The notes: generated by a model from the sequence alone, not told the origin. A stretch of 64,000 nucleotides of DNA from a virus (IMGVR_UViG_2858635475_000003:1400-65399), one strand, 5' to 3'; positions 1 through 10,163 are shown, counted from the first letter of the stretch. Translations and numbers: made by a program.

Positions 1-58
1 AATTGGAATCATTGGGAAATTTCGAATTCTTTCCGATATTTCCAACAGGATTCCAACA

Positions 59-814
59 TCATCGTTTTGCTTTGCTGGACTGGACTACGCCTTCGATATT
101 GGTGAAGTCCACGATCTCCGGAATCTCTTTGTTCCCGATGATAAGCCGATCCGCCGCAAATTCGCAATCGATTTCGGTGTACTCGCCGCGAACCTTACCT
201 TCATCGTTCATGATCGTTTCTGGCACGTTGAAGAAGCGGTAAACAGTAGGTGCGTCCGTTGGTATGACGATGATCGCGGCACCGACCGACAATGGCAGCG
301 AAACTCTAAAGGCGCCAGATGCAACACCGGGGCGAGCAGCCACGGTCTTTCTCCTGCCCTTCACGATCGTGTCCAGGTCGATCCCGACCCCTGCCTCATC
401 AGGAAAAGCGACGGACCCACCGGCCAGTTGGATTTGCGCAGCCACCATGTTGGCGGCCCCGCTTGCGAGAATGTTGCGCGACTTCTTTTCGCTGACTGTG
501 ATGTTGGGCGTCGAGCCGATCGCAAGCCACGCTTCGTCAACACCGAGAGCACGGGCCACGAGAGACATCATCTTGGGTTTTGGCTTGGCCTCGCCGGCAA
601 ACCACTTACGCACCGCTTCTCTGCTAACGGGTTCATTGAATTGCGCTTCGAGTTGGTTCTTCAGCCAAATTTGTCGACCGTGGGCGGCCGGCGCCTGCGG
701 TGAGTTTTCGCAGGCGATTCCGAGCCGTTTGGCAAAATCTTTGTGCCGGATCACCGCCTGAGATTGGGAGGAATTTGTCTTACCAGTGATGACTATCATT
801 CGCTGCGACCTCAT
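59..814 (-). CDS. HTH (XRE-family) transcriptional regulator, candidate phage repressor
   Basis: N-terminal helix-turn-helix segment (VSREAVRKWFAGE..MSLVARALGVDEAWL) typical of XRE/CI-like repressors. C-terminal domain unassigned. First gene of the minus-strand early operon, with a dyad motif just upstream (817-833). Confidence 0.5.
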   Translation of the reverse strand: MRSQRMIVITGKTNSSQSQAVIRHKDFAKRLGIACENSPQAPAAHGRQIWLKNQLEAQFNEPVSREAVRKWFAGEAKPKPKMMSLVARALGVDEAWLAIGSTPNITVSEKKSRNILASGAANMVAAQIQLAGGSVAFPDEAGVGIDLDTIVKGRRKTVAARPGVASGAFRVSLPLSVGAAIIVIPTDAPTVYRFFNVPETIMNDEGKVRGEYTEIDCEFAADRLIIGNKEIPEIVDFTNIEGVVQSSKAKR

Positions 815-908
815 TAATCAAGAACTGGTTGATAAATGAGCGCTTACCGCGAGAAAGTCAACAAACAGTCCCGCAATCAACTAAATGGTTGTATTTACTA
901 GTTAATAC

Positions 909-2507
909 CTAAACTTTTAATCGAACTCTAACTGCATCCATAATCTCGTCCTGAGTGATACCTTTCGTCCGCAAGGTCTCATATTGCACCTCATCCATAG
1001 TGTTTTTAGCCATGATAACGTGAATGAAAACAGAAGGATGAGGTTGGCCGGGGCGGGCCAGTCGCCGATTGAACTGATCCCACAATTCGAGCGACCAGGT
1101 GAGCCCGTACCAGACCTGAATGAAGCCACCGTACTGCAGGTTCAGACCATGCGCCATTGACGCCGGATGCGAAACACCCATCTGGATCTTGCCGGCGTTC
1201 CACTTCTTGACGAAATTCGGTTCCTCATCGAAGAAAACCGCCTTCGGAAACTTTTTGCGGATCCGCTCTTTGTCGAACTTGAAGCTGTATGCCACCAACA
1301 TGTTCTGACCGGCCGACTCTTCGACGATGCTCTCAAGCTCTTTGATTTTCGCATCATGCACATGGATCGTCTCGCGCACGGGCGGGTGGACATCCTCATC
1401 GGTACGGTAGAGTGAGCCATTGGCGAATTGGAGCAGTTTGTTTGTCAGCACCCCGCGGGAGACCGCTTCCACGTCGTAGCTCTCGGCGACCAGCGTCTTC
1501 TCAAAATCGCGGTACTGCTTCATGTGCTTCGGCGCCAGCGTAACGAAGCGCGGATTGAAAATCTGCGGCGGCAGATCGATATAATCCTGAGAGCGCAGGC
1601 TGATCATCACGTCTTTCATCAGCCCCATGATCTTGTCCTTCGCTCCCTCCTTCGGCGTTATCTTTTTTGAGAACGGGTTCTTGTCGAAGAATTTGTTCTC
1701 GAAACGGGTCTTGTTGATGCCAAGGCGCTCTCCCTGGTCCATTAGGTACGCCTGCCCTCCAAGGTCATGAACTCCGTTCGGCGATGGCGTCCCGCTTAGC
1801 TCGATCACGCGCTCCATCTTTTTGCGGGCTTGCGCGAGCACACCGAACTCCGTCAGGTTCGGTTTGACGCGGATTTTCTCACCGGTCTTGGGGTCTTTCT
1901 TTTTGCTTGGCGTGCGGAAGGTAAACCCCTTCAGTCGACTGGATTCGTCATAGACAAGGATCTGCCAGCGCCAGCCGGCATCGCCGCCGATCGTTTCCCA
2001 CAGCCATTGCAGGTTCTCACGATTGATGATCGTCAGGTCGGCGTCGACGGCCAGAGCGGCAATTCGTTGAGCAGCATCACCGACGACCACGGTGTAGGTC
2101 ATGTCCTGCAGGTGCTCCCACTCGCCGACTTCCGTGGGCCAGGTTTCCTCAGCCACTTTCAGAGGCGCGACAACCAGGCACCGCCAGTTCGTGTTCTTGC
2201 GCAAAAGACGGCGCACGCCGGTCAGCGTTGCACCGGTCTTGCCCAAGCTCATCTCGGCCGCGCCAAGAAGGTATTCGCGCTGCTCGATCTCGTCGGCCAG
2301 ATACCGCTGGTACGATCGAAGCATGGACTCAGGACGCAAACCCGATATCGGCTTACCGATATCGGCAACTACTTCCAAAATGGAAGGGGTTTCGATCAGG
2401 CCAAACGAGCGAAGATAGAGGTCGAGGGCGGCAGTCGTCTCGAATTTCCGGACAACTGGTATCGCGACGAACGATTGCCTGTAGATTTCAAATGGCGTCT
2501 GGATCAT
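909..2507 (-). CDS. SNF2-family DNA helicase
   Basis: SNF2 motifs in order: LRSYQ (Q-motif/I), SLGKTGATL (Walker A-like), VYDESSRLK (DExH-like box), and the C-terminal helicase block QMGVSHPASMAHGLNLQ. Confidence 0.8.
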   Translation of the reverse strand: MIQTPFEIYRQSFVAIPVVRKFETTAALDLYLRSFGLIETPSILEVVADIGKPISGLRPESMLRSYQRYLADEIEQREYLLGAAEMSLGKTGATLTGVRRLLRKNTNWRCLVVAPLKVAEETWPTEVGEWEHLQDMTYTVVVGDAAQRIAALAVDADLTIINRENLQWLWETIGGDAGWRWQILVYDESSRLKGFTFRTPSKKKDPKTGEKIRVKPNLTEFGVLAQARKKMERVIELSGTPSPNGVHDLGGQAYLMDQGERLGINKTRFENKFFDKNPFSKKITPKEGAKDKIMGLMKDVMISLRSQDYIDLPPQIFNPRFVTLAPKHMKQYRDFEKTLVAESYDVEAVSRGVLTNKLLQFANGSLYRTDEDVHPPVRETIHVHDAKIKELESIVEESAGQNMLVAYSFKFDKERIRKKFPKAVFFDEEPNFVKKWNAGKIQMGVSHPASMAHGLNLQYGGFIQVWYGLTWSLELWDQFNRRLARPGQPHPSVFIHVIMAKNTMDEVQYETLRTKGITQDEIMDAVRVRLKV

Positions 2508-2778
2508 ATCGGTCCAACAGAACTTTGCCGAGAGCGGCGTTGCTCACGACGAAAACCAACATCCCGGCTCGAAGCATCCGGGCATGTTCACGGTCCTGCA
2601 TGAGGGTGGTGTCCGAATCTTCATCCTTGAACTCGATCCAGATTGTCGGTGCACCTTTCTTGGAGAATACCGCGTCAGGCGCACCTACTCGCCCGATCCA
2701 CTGCACTCGACGAACGAACCATCCTGTCGATTTTGCATAGGCGATCACAGGGTTTTGGACGTGTGGTATCTCAGCCAA
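2488..2778 (-). CDS. VRR-NUC domain nuclease
   Basis: About 96 aa. PD-(D/E)xK core (GAPDAVF...IWIEFKDE). The small VRR-NUC gene next to an SNF2 helicase is the standard phage arrangement. Confidence 0.7.
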   Translation of the reverse strand: MAEIPHVQNPVIAYAKSTGWFVRRVQWIGRVGAPDAVFSKKGAPTIWIEFKDEDSDTTLMQDREHARMLRAGMLVFVVSNAALGKVLLDRYDPDAI

Positions 2779-3202
2779 GCGTCTTCACCTTGACGCCGGC
2801 TTCCGAGAACATTTCCCGCGAGGCGATGATGTCTGCTTCCCATCCTCCCGCAGCGCTCAGAAGGCCGCTCCCGATAGCCACGCATTTGATGCCGGCTTGA
2901 ATTATGGTGCGGGTGCACGCAGCGCACGGTGGATGGGTCACATAGAGCGTGCATCCCTCCGTCTGAATGCCGGCACGCGCAGCGAAGGCCAGAACGTTAG
3001 CTTCCGCATGTGATGCAAACAGGTATTTTGTGGGTCGCTCGCGGCGTTCGTCGGTCTCGTGGACTCCGATCGGCGGACCGTTGAAGCCCGTGAGCCGAAC
3101 CTCACGATTAGGCCCGACAAGCACAGCACCGACCTGAGTGCTGTCCTTAGACTTCTTGGCCGCGTGCTCGGCAAACCCTAGCAAATATTCATCCCATTTC
3201 AT
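2771..3202 (-). CDS. dCMP deaminase (cytidine/deoxycytidylate deaminase family)
   Basis: Zinc-binding deaminase motifs HAEANV ... PCAACTRTI. ATG at 3202 (MKWDEYLL) is preceded by the dyad motif plus a GGAG Shine-Dalgarno. Confidence 0.8.
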   Translation of the reverse strand: MKWDEYLLGFAEHAAKKSKDSTQVGAVLVGPNREVRLTGFNGPPIGVHETDERRERPTKYLFASHAEANVLAFAARAGIQTEGCTLYVTHPPCAACTRTIIQAGIKCVAIGSGLLSAAGGWEADIIASREMFSEAGVKVKTLG

Positions 3203-3224
3203 TGTTAACTCCACAAATGGTTGA

Positions 3225-3911
3225 TTATCCGAGAATGTCAGAAAAATCTAACTGGCTTGCGAGTTGGCTCGCGACATAACCACCCCATTGTTTTGCGATC
3301 GCCTTTGCATGGCCTGGATGTAACTTGGATCTAGCCATTCTACGAACTTCCGGATCGCTTGTCGGAGCATGTCGATGGACACTCTCTCTCGCTGTTTTTC
3401 CATCCAAAGTGCCGGTTCGCGTGAGCTTCGGCAAACCGCCTTCTGTCCACCAGCATGTCGCCTTCTTCTCGTTATCGGGACCATTTTCATCGTCACCGAA
3501 CCACCACGGTTGCACGGTCTGACATGGTAATTTTTCAACACCGCTCATGATCTGCGCATATCGCAACATCACGGGGTTTTCGTAAGCCACGTAACGTACA
3601 GGACAGCGTTCTCTCAGGTCATATAGATCCCATGCCGCTTGCCCCATTTTCACCCAACGGTCGATGTTCAGACCGCCCCGTTTATCCATTCCGTTGAAAA
3701 GGTGTTTTGAACTGGAATTTGCCATGAAAGTGCATGTTGGATGGAAAATTGCTAAATCCCAACCGTCGAACATCACGTCCCACCAGTTGCCCTGATAGTG
3801 TGGTCCCGGCACCTGCGTAGGAGACAGATCGCAGGACATCGCATCATAACCTTCGGCTATGAAGGCATCTCGTAACGTTCCCGAATATTCACCGCCGATT
3901 AAAACTCGCAT
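3225..3911 (-). CDS. putative DNA (cytosine-5) methyltransferase-like protein with C-terminal DFSDILG tail
   Basis: Start inferred at the internal Met (MRVLIGGEYSG, resembling C5-MTase motif I). PTCTF resembles motif IV (PCQ-F) and YENPV resembles motif VI (ENV). Ends ...QLDFSDILG*. Confidence 0.5.
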   Translation of the reverse strand: MRVLIGGEYSGTLRDAFIAEGYDAMSCDLSPTQVPGPHYQGNWWDVMFDGWDLAIFHPTCTFMANSSSKHLFNGMDKRGGLNIDRWVKMGQAAWDLYDLRERCPVRYVAYENPVMLRYAQIMSGVEKLPCQTVQPWWFGDDENGPDNEKKATCWWTEGGLPKLTRTGTLDGKTARESVHRHAPTSDPEVRRMARSKLHPGHAKAIAKQWGGYVASQLASQLDFSDILG

Positions 3912-3921
3912 AACACCATAT

Positions 3922-6039
3922 TCAACAATTTGTTGATTTTGTAAACGACGAAAGATAGAGATCGAGCGCTGTTTCCCGCTTTCCCCATCCCATGTTCCTG
4001 AGAATTTCGTAGGCTTCTTCGATGTAGCGCTCATGATCCACGTCCGCGGGCACAAACAGATCGTCCGGCAATGTCATGATTGGCCGGCAGCCGTCTGACC
4101 TCGAAACCTTGGCTCGGTTGCCGGTCTTGGCGTGCGGCTTGCCGCGCATGATCGGAGCACCGTCCTTCGCCCAATAGAACCGAACCGTTTTGCCGAGATA
4201 TTGACCGTTCCAGTCGCCGCCGCCCTTGGCCTTGATGACACGGACAAACCCGCGCACGTCAGGGTAATTCCGGATGAAATCCTCGATCGGAATGCCGTCA
4301 ACCAGAAATGCCAGGATCGCATCTCCGCACACCGTCATGTTCGGGTTCTTTTTCATTTGCTCGAACGACGGGCTGTATTCGGGAGAATCCTTCATCAGGA
4401 ATTTGCGCAAACCCTCGAGCTCGATCCCGGCCAGGAGCGGGTCGTCTTCCTTCAGTTTGTTCCGCCAGTGGTTCGCAATGTACCCCTTGCGCTTGGCCTT
4501 ACCATCGGGCTTGATCGCCAGGTAGAAGTTGACATCGCGGTTATAGATCGCCTTGTATTCAGCACCTTCGAGGATGAAACTTGTCGTGTTTTCCCACCAC
4601 TCGATAAGTTCTTTGAGGAAGCCGCCTGCCGGCCGGTCGCCCTTCATCCCTTCGTAAAGACGACGCGGTATCTTCATGACCACGCCGTCAGTGTTCGCCG
4701 AGACGATCCGGATACCGGCAAGTTCTGCGCGCTCGATCAGCATCAACAATGTTAGCTGACCGGTCAGCGTCGTAGCAATCATCAGGTGTGGAGCAAACAG
4801 AACGCTGTAACGGCTCCCGAGCTTGCCATATGGACCGTTCAGACCAACCTTTCGGCCATCCGACCGAACCTTGAAGAATAGTTCTTTCTCGCGGTCGCCG
4901 GCATCACGAGCGTCGTTCGAACGCTTCTTGTCTGCCATGCGCTCGGCTTTAATGCCGCCGTAGACAGGCTGGAATTTTGGGCCGACCGCTTTCGGGTAAA
5001 GGCCGAGCTTCAGGATGATAGAAGGGTACTGAGAGCCTACGTCGAAGTCGACAAGCTGCCAGTCGTCATCCGACTCCTCGACGCGGCATTTTTCCTGCGA
5101 ATGCAATCCGCCGATACCGAGCTTGTAGGTGGACTGCCCGATCTCGATCTTGAACTTTTTGAATTCGTCGGGGAACGGCACAGAGCCTGTGTCGGTGACC
5201 TCGATATCGGTCTCTCGAATGACCTTCAAAACGTTCTGTAGCAGCGGCGTTTTGAACTCTATGAAGTCGGGAACCTGGTATCGAAACTTGTAGCCGCCCT
5301 TGAACTTGGCTTTCTGAACCTGCTTTTTGATAAGACGCTCGACGCCGATCTTGATCATGCGCTCGCCCGTTTGCGCGTCAGACAGAGAGCGGGCATCGAT
5401 CCCGTAGATTTCGCCGATCGACTCGCGAAGTTCGAGCGCCTGTTTGCAATGTGAGTAAAGATTTGCGGTCGCGGGGCAGTCCGAATTTCGGCAATAGTCG
5501 TTCAGTACGTCCATCTCGTCGTGGGTGAGATCGGCATCGGGGTCTACGGGCAGGTCTTGGAGGCGCTTCGCGTGCAAGCGACCTGCAAGCGTCTTGAGGC
5601 TCGCACTACCAGAGGCGAAAACGTTCTCCTGCTCGTCGTCATCATCGGCACCGGTTCCAACGGAAGGGTTAGTGTCGAAAAGATCGATGTGATCCACGTA
5701 GGACGGAACGACGATCCCAAACTCGCGCTCGCAGTCCCACGGTTTTTTCCGCTTTTTGATAATCCAGTCAGAGAGTGCCTTCAGGTCCGCATTGCTCGCA
5801 CCGTTGAGCGCGTACAGCAGAACCATCATGTCGTAGTCCCGGCTATTGAAGCCGACCACAGTATACTTCTTGAGAATGCGCCTCACGCGCAGCGGATCGA
5901 AATCAGCGCGCTCGCTACGCTCGTAACCGATCGACCGGCCGTCCTCGGTCAGGAATGCTACATAGAAGTAATTCCGGTAGCATTCCAAGTCGAAGAAGGC
6001 GATCGGCCGCTCAGTTTTTGTCCTGACTTCTCTGGCCAT
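3922..6039 (-). CDS. DNA polymerase, family B-like, with 3'-5' exonuclease domain
   Basis: Exo I FFDLE near the N-terminus. Motif A-like DVGSQYPSIIL (cf. DxxSLYPSII) and motif C-like SANTDGV (cf. YGDTDS), in the canonical order. Confidence 0.75.
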   Translation of the reverse strand: MAREVRTKTERPIAFFDLECYRNYFYVAFLTEDGRSIGYERSERADFDPLRVRRILKKYTVVGFNSRDYDMMVLLYALNGASNADLKALSDWIIKKRKKPWDCEREFGIVVPSYVDHIDLFDTNPSVGTGADDDDEQENVFASGSASLKTLAGRLHAKRLQDLPVDPDADLTHDEMDVLNDYCRNSDCPATANLYSHCKQALELRESIGEIYGIDARSLSDAQTGERMIKIGVERLIKKQVQKAKFKGGYKFRYQVPDFIEFKTPLLQNVLKVIRETDIEVTDTGSVPFPDEFKKFKIEIGQSTYKLGIGGLHSQEKCRVEESDDDWQLVDFDVGSQYPSIILKLGLYPKAVGPKFQPVYGGIKAERMADKKRSNDARDAGDREKELFFKVRSDGRKVGLNGPYGKLGSRYSVLFAPHLMIATTLTGQLTLLMLIERAELAGIRIVSANTDGVVMKIPRRLYEGMKGDRPAGGFLKELIEWWENTTSFILEGAEYKAIYNRDVNFYLAIKPDGKAKRKGYIANHWRNKLKEDDPLLAGIELEGLRKFLMKDSPEYSPSFEQMKKNPNMTVCGDAILAFLVDGIPIEDFIRNYPDVRGFVRVIKAKGGGDWNGQYLGKTVRFYWAKDGAPIMRGKPHAKTGNRAKVSRSDGCRPIMTLPDDLFVPADVDHERYIEEAYEILRNMGWGKRETALDLYLSSFTKSTNC

Positions 6040-6452
6040 CAGATGTCGTCGAAGTCATTCGCGACTGTGACAGGCGCAGCAGAAATCCTTTGTAGGACTT
6101 CTGCTCTCACAACACTGTGGAACCTTACTCGGTCTTCTCGTGTCCGCATGTCGAAGCGAGAGTCGAAAAGCGCTTTCGCGCCGTATGCGATGGCGACTTC
6201 TGAAAGGAAAAAGGCACGGTCATTGACCGCGATTACATTGATGCTACCGCGGCGCCATGACTGCAGGGGTGACTCGTATTCAACTTCGATATCAGGTTGA
6301 AAACCCGCTCTAAGGAGAACCTCGTCGGAAGGAACGAGACACAGAAAATCAATGTCGTTACCCTTCCCGCAAATAAGGGTTGACCCAACCGTGCACACAT
6401 TTTCAACGGGCACCGATAACTCTTTCGCAATCTGCGTCTCTGTTGTCATCAC
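6039..6452 (-). CDS. nucleotidyltransferase-fold protein with DFDDI C-terminus
   Basis: GSTLICGKGNDIDFLCLV matches the minimal nucleotidyltransferase G[SG]...DxD signature. Ends ...VANDFDDI*. Start overlaps the polymerase stop. Confidence 0.5.
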   Translation of the reverse strand: MMTTETQIAKELSVPVENVCTVGSTLICGKGNDIDFLCLVPSDEVLLRAGFQPDIEVEYESPLQSWRRGSINVIAVNDRAFFLSEVAIAYGAKALFDSRFDMRTREDRVRFHSVVRAEVLQRISAAPVTVANDFDDI

Positions 6453-6483
6453 AGGACCCCAAAATCAACAAATGGTGGATTTA

Positions 6484-6505
6484 CAGGGCGCAGTTAAGCG
6501 CCCTG
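6484..6505 (-). terminator. perfect 8-bp stem hairpin (CAGGGCGC-agttaa-GCGCCCTG) between the SSB and nucleotidyltransferase genes
   Basis: Inverted repeat seen directly; no strong U-tract, so it may be an attenuator or processing site. Confidence 0.35.
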
Positions 6506-6515
6506 TAAACTGACA

Positions 6516-7193
6516 TCAAATTTCTTCGTCATCGTCGATAGAAGGTGCCTTCTTCTTGGCAGGCTTGCCGCCGAGATCATCATCGTCGTCATCGTCGCCG
6601 AGGTTTTCAATTTCGTCGTCGTCGATGCCGCCACCGGCAAATTCCTCGCCCTTCTTGAAGTACTGAAGCGCATCGAGAGTGGTGAAAATGCCGTTGCCGC
6701 CCTTGTCCTTGGCCTTGATGGCGTAAAGGTGGAAATAGGCGATCGCGTAGTAACCCGAGCGAAAAAGGTCTTCACCTTCGTCCTCGATGTCAATGTCCTC
6801 ACCGCGGCGGTTTTTGTACTTCGGCTTTCGGTCGTTGGTCAGGCGCAAATAGCGCATGCCCTCGTAACCGTCACGCACATCACCGTCATCGGTGACATAC
6901 TTGTCGCCATCGAACAGCGGCCAGCGGCCTTTCGGACCGTCGCCCATTGCTTCCTTGAGGTTCTTCAGTTCCTTGCCAGGCCACTCGGTGGAGCAAAGAT
7001 GACGAATGGCATCGTTGATCACCTTGATGCTGGCCTTACCGTCTTCGGTCGAAGGATCGATAAGACCATTGGTCCTGTATTTCAGAGCGCCGCTTTCAAA
7101 GGATTTCGTTTTCTCGAACCCTTTGAAGTAGCTTAGCCGCACCATAACTTTGATGGTGCCCTTCTCGGCGTTGAAAGATGGTTTGAATCCCAT
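6516..7193 (-). CDS. phage single-stranded DNA-binding protein, T7 gp2.5-like (DUF2815-type) with poly-acidic tail
   Basis: Size and composition resemble gp2.5-like SSBs. The C-terminus is extremely acidic (GDDDDDDDLGG...SIDDDEEI*). Sits next to a DUF2800-like nuclease, as in many phage replication modules. Confidence 0.5.
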   Translation of the reverse strand: MGFKPSFNAEKGTIKVMVRLSYFKGFEKTKSFESGALKYRTNGLIDPSTEDGKASIKVINDAIRHLCSTEWPGKELKNLKEAMGDGPKGRWPLFDGDKYVTDDGDVRDGYEGMRYLRLTNDRKPKYKNRRGEDIDIEDEGEDLFRSGYYAIAYFHLYAIKAKDKGGNGIFTTLDALQYFKKGEEFAGGGIDDDEIENLGDDDDDDDLGGKPAKKKAPSIDDDEEI

Positions 7194-7237
7194 TTGAACA
7201 TTTCCTTCTTACGTTTGAACAATGAAACGACTGCTAT

Positions 7238-8482
7238 TCAGTCGTCGAAATCTTCAAAATCCTCATCGAGATTTTCGAAGTCTGAGGTGACCAGAAGCGC
7301 TGGTCGCGCATCCTCGATCGAGACGATCGAAGGAGTTGGTTCGCCTCCGACGACAAAATCTCTTGGGAACTTCCCCTTCCCTACGATCTTGTCCAGCATT
7401 GCGGGCGTTTTCAACTTTTTGGTGATTATCTGGTCGTCCTTAAAGCCGTGCTTCTTGAGCCAGGCTTCCGACTGTTCTTCGTCAGCGTGCTTGCGGTTCG
7501 AGCGCCGGCCGGCGACGATCTTCAGCCCATACTTCTCACCATCACCGGTGCGCACGTCGGCAGCGACCGAAGCTTCCACGCGGGTGAGAAACTGCCGAGC
7601 GAGCGACAGGTGATCGTAGATCGCTTTCTTGCGGGCGGTCGTGAGACCTTCCACGTCAGGAAAGGTAATCTCGACGCCGAAGTCCTCGTACTCGTCAAGG
7701 TTCTCAAACTCGATACCAGCGAATTCGAGCGCCCAAGCTTCATATTCAGGACAGGCACCTTCCACCTTGGCGGCGGGGCACCAGGTGCACCCATCTTTCG
7801 AGGGAATGCATGGGGCGTTCGGATCGAACGTCAGCTTTGCACGTTCGCGGATCTCGGCAGCCTTCTTGCGAAGCTCGTCGATCGAGATCACCCACTCCCC
7901 GCCACCGCGACCATTTCTCGGCTGGTCAATGATGATTCGGACGCGCTTGATGTGGGGGTGGGTATCTTTGATCTGCTCCCACAGTGCATCGAAGTAGATG
8001 ATCTGTTGGGTGTTGCCGACTGCTTCGACAGGAATCCCCTTGCCGTATTTCAGGTCGGACTGAACCGCCTCGTCGCCCTGATCCGGAGCAGGAATGACCG
8101 CACAATCGAGCGTACCTTTCTGAGGTTCGCCGTGATCGTTCAGACCGGTAATGTGAGTGATGTCTACGCGACTTTCGATGATCATCTCACCGGGAAATTC
8201 GCGGATGCGGTCGATCCCCGGCTGCAGCGCATCGGCCATATCATCGTCACAGAGATAGATGACGCCGTTGACCTTCACCTCTGTTCCGACGAAATCGTGA
8301 GCATCGAGACCAACTGAGAGCGCCAGTTCTCGAATGAGGTGAGCGGCTGTGCCTTCATCGGCGGCAGGGTTGACCTTCCTGTCGTCCTTGTCGAGACCGA
8401 GCTTCTTGCACCGGTTCAGCGCACCGGGACATGTAGTCCATCTTTTCGCGTCGGAAGGCGCATTGCGAGCGTGTCCGGTCAT
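7238..8482 (-). CDS. Cas4/RecB-like PD-(D/E)xK exonuclease (DUF2800-type) with Fe-S cysteine cluster
   Basis: N-terminal Cys (TTCPGALNRC), nuclease core (D...DLKYGK) and C-terminal CTWCPAAKVEGAC: a 1+3 cysteine arrangement as in Cas4/AddB. Acidic C-terminus DEDFEDFDD*. Confidence 0.6.
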   Translation of the reverse strand: MTGHARNAPSDAKRWTTCPGALNRCKKLGLDKDDRKVNPAADEGTAAHLIRELALSVGLDAHDFVGTEVKVNGVIYLCDDDMADALQPGIDRIREFPGEMIIESRVDITHITGLNDHGEPQKGTLDCAVIPAPDQGDEAVQSDLKYGKGIPVEAVGNTQQIIYFDALWEQIKDTHPHIKRVRIIIDQPRNGRGGGEWVISIDELRKKAAEIRERAKLTFDPNAPCIPSKDGCTWCPAAKVEGACPEYEAWALEFAGIEFENLDEYEDFGVEITFPDVEGLTTARKKAIYDHLSLARQFLTRVEASVAADVRTGDGEKYGLKIVAGRRSNRKHADEEQSEAWLKKHGFKDDQIITKKLKTPAMLDKIVGKGKFPRDFVVGGEPTPSIVSIEDARPALLVTSDFENLDEDFEDFDD

Positions 8483-9030
8483 AGCACATGACCCTCGAAG
8501 GCTTTTCTCGCTTGAGCCGCCATTTCCTTCGTCGGAAAGTGCCCTAGACTACGAAATCTTCCTTTCTCATGACAGTATGCCTGCCACGGGTTCCTTCGAG
8601 TGGGTCTGTAACGAACTCCGAAAATTCCTGACGCAGCATTAGATTTATGGCGATTTCGGTTATTCTGAGAGCAGGTCAACCATCTGAGATTGGACAGACG
8701 ATTATCGTCCCTGACACCGTTCTTGTGGTCGGGAATGAGCGATGGGTCCTCTGGCGGTCCCAAAAACTGCAAAATCACTAAACGGTGGATTTTTCGGGTG
8801 TGCCTGATCCCATCTGCATCAAAAAGGTTAACCTGCAGGTAACCGTCTTTATCCGGAATGCCCTTCAAAATACGAACGGGTTTCACTCGTTTGTGAGACC
8901 CCTTCACGGCACTTTCAATATGCTGAACACGACCGAGGCTTCTGACACGGCCGAAATCACTGACTTGATACAGCCCTTCGTAACCAGAGATGTCTTTCCA
9001 GATTTCCTGCACAGTTTTTCCTCGGATCAT
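8479..9030 (-). CDS. HNH homing endonuclease (NUMOD4-HNH-AP2 architecture)
   Basis: From the internal Met: GYEGLYQVSDFGRVRSL (NUMOD4), DHKNGVRDDNRLSNLRWLTCSQNN (HNH), GVRYRP..WQAY...GHFPTKEMAA (AP2). Confidence 0.75.
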   Translation of the reverse strand: MIRGKTVQEIWKDISGYEGLYQVSDFGRVRSLGRVQHIESAVKGSHKRVKPVRILKGIPDKDGYLQVNLFDADGIRHTRKIHRLVILQFLGPPEDPSLIPDHKNGVRDDNRLSNLRWLTCSQNNRNRHKSNAASGIFGVRYRPTRRNPWQAYCHEKGRFRSLGHFPTKEMAAQARKAFEGHVL

Positions 9031-9162
9031 TTCAAAGGACGCTCGACGGTAGAGGCTGGGCCGTCTCAGCGGAGAAACTGAACACCGGGGGAATCGGTGG
9101 AGCGTCCTTTGAAATGATCCCGGCCCGAAGGCCGAGACCACTTTTCGCCTTGGGAGGCTTGA

Positions 9163-9750
9163 TCAGATTTCTTCGTCGTCGGAGCCGGCGTCGTCGGAAC
9201 CAGGAACAGCCGTGAGGCGACCCTTGCCGAAACCGTTGTCAGCTTCCTTCTGTTTGTTGACCCAATCGACGAGACGCTGAAGGTCTTTCGCGGGCACGTC
9301 AGCGACCGTCGCGCCTTCCTTGCCGACGAGCTTGGCCAGAGCGCCCTTGATCTTGGTCTTGCGGGCGTCGGTTTCCGGATCGCCTTCAACCTTGGCGAAT
9401 TCGCCGAGCCACGGTGCGACGATCTTCATCTTGACCGTCTCGTTGGTCAGCTTCGGCGCCGTGTCTTCTTCGCCCTCACCTTCGCCCTCGCCCGTTTCGG
9501 CGCCGGTCTCAGTCTTCGTATCTTCCTTCTTGGCGCGGGTGCGCTTGGGCTTGTCTTCGCCTTCACCGGCCGACGCCGACTTGCCGCCAGCAGCGAGCAC
9601 CGCATTCAGCTTTTCGGTATGGTCGTTCTGCGCTTCGGTGAGCGCCACGACGGCGCTGGTCAGAGCTTCGATCTTCGCTTCGAGAGACATTTCGTTCCTT
9701 TCAGGGTGACATTGAATGGTAAGATCGTGCGTTCGCCGCTTACGATGCAT
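9163..9750 (-). CDS. hypothetical acidic low-complexity protein ending DDEEI
   Basis: Start placed at the Met directly after the dyad motif (ATCAACtttttGTGGAaattgataATG); an alternative start at 9690 has an AAGGA SD. Contains GEGEGEGEE and ends GSDDEEI*. Confidence 0.5.
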   Translation of the reverse strand: MHRKRRTHDLTIQCHPERNEMSLEAKIEALTSAVVALTEAQNDHTEKLNAVLAAGGKSASAGEGEDKPKRTRAKKEDTKTETGAETGEGEGEGEEDTAPKLTNETVKMKIVAPWLGEFAKVEGDPETDARKTKIKGALAKLVGKEGATVADVPAKDLQRLVDWVNKQKEADNGFGKGRLTAVPGSDDAGSDDEEI

Positions 9751-9830
9751 TATCAATTTCCACAAAAAGTTGATTATGTCAACAAGCGATTGACTTCAAA
9801 ATCAACAAAAAGTACCTTTTCGGAAATCAC

Positions 9831-10163
9831 ATGTTCGAACAGGAAACGGGAATGACAGCCGAAACCAAACAGAAACGACGGAATTCCGGACCCTGCGGTC
9901 CTCTTTACGACCTTCTCGTGCAGAAGCTGCCAGATTACCACATGATCTATGGCGGGCACATCCGCCTCGACATCTACAAGCTCTCCGAGGCAATCGGCGT
10001 GAGCCCGCAGCACATTTATCAGGTTCTGCCGAGCGGCGACAAACCGGCTGCGGCAAAGAACCTCTCTGTCCGTCTGGCACGCAAGCTCATCGAATGTTCC
10101 GAGGAACACAAGACCATCGAGCCTCTGACCCTGCTCGACCTGGAACCCTTTCTTCCGTCCTGA
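9831..10163 (+). CDS. small HTH protein (Cro-like candidate)
   Basis: Predicted HTH (LSEAIGVSPQHIYQVL). Transcribed divergently from the early operon. Two dyad motifs lie in the 80-bp divergent intergenic region. Confidence 0.45.
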   Translation: MFEQETGMTAETKQKRRNSGPCGPLYDLLVQKLPDYHMIYGGHIRLDIYKLSEAIGVSPQHIYQVLPSGDKPAAAKNLSVRLARKLIECSEEHKTIEPLTLLDLEPFLPS

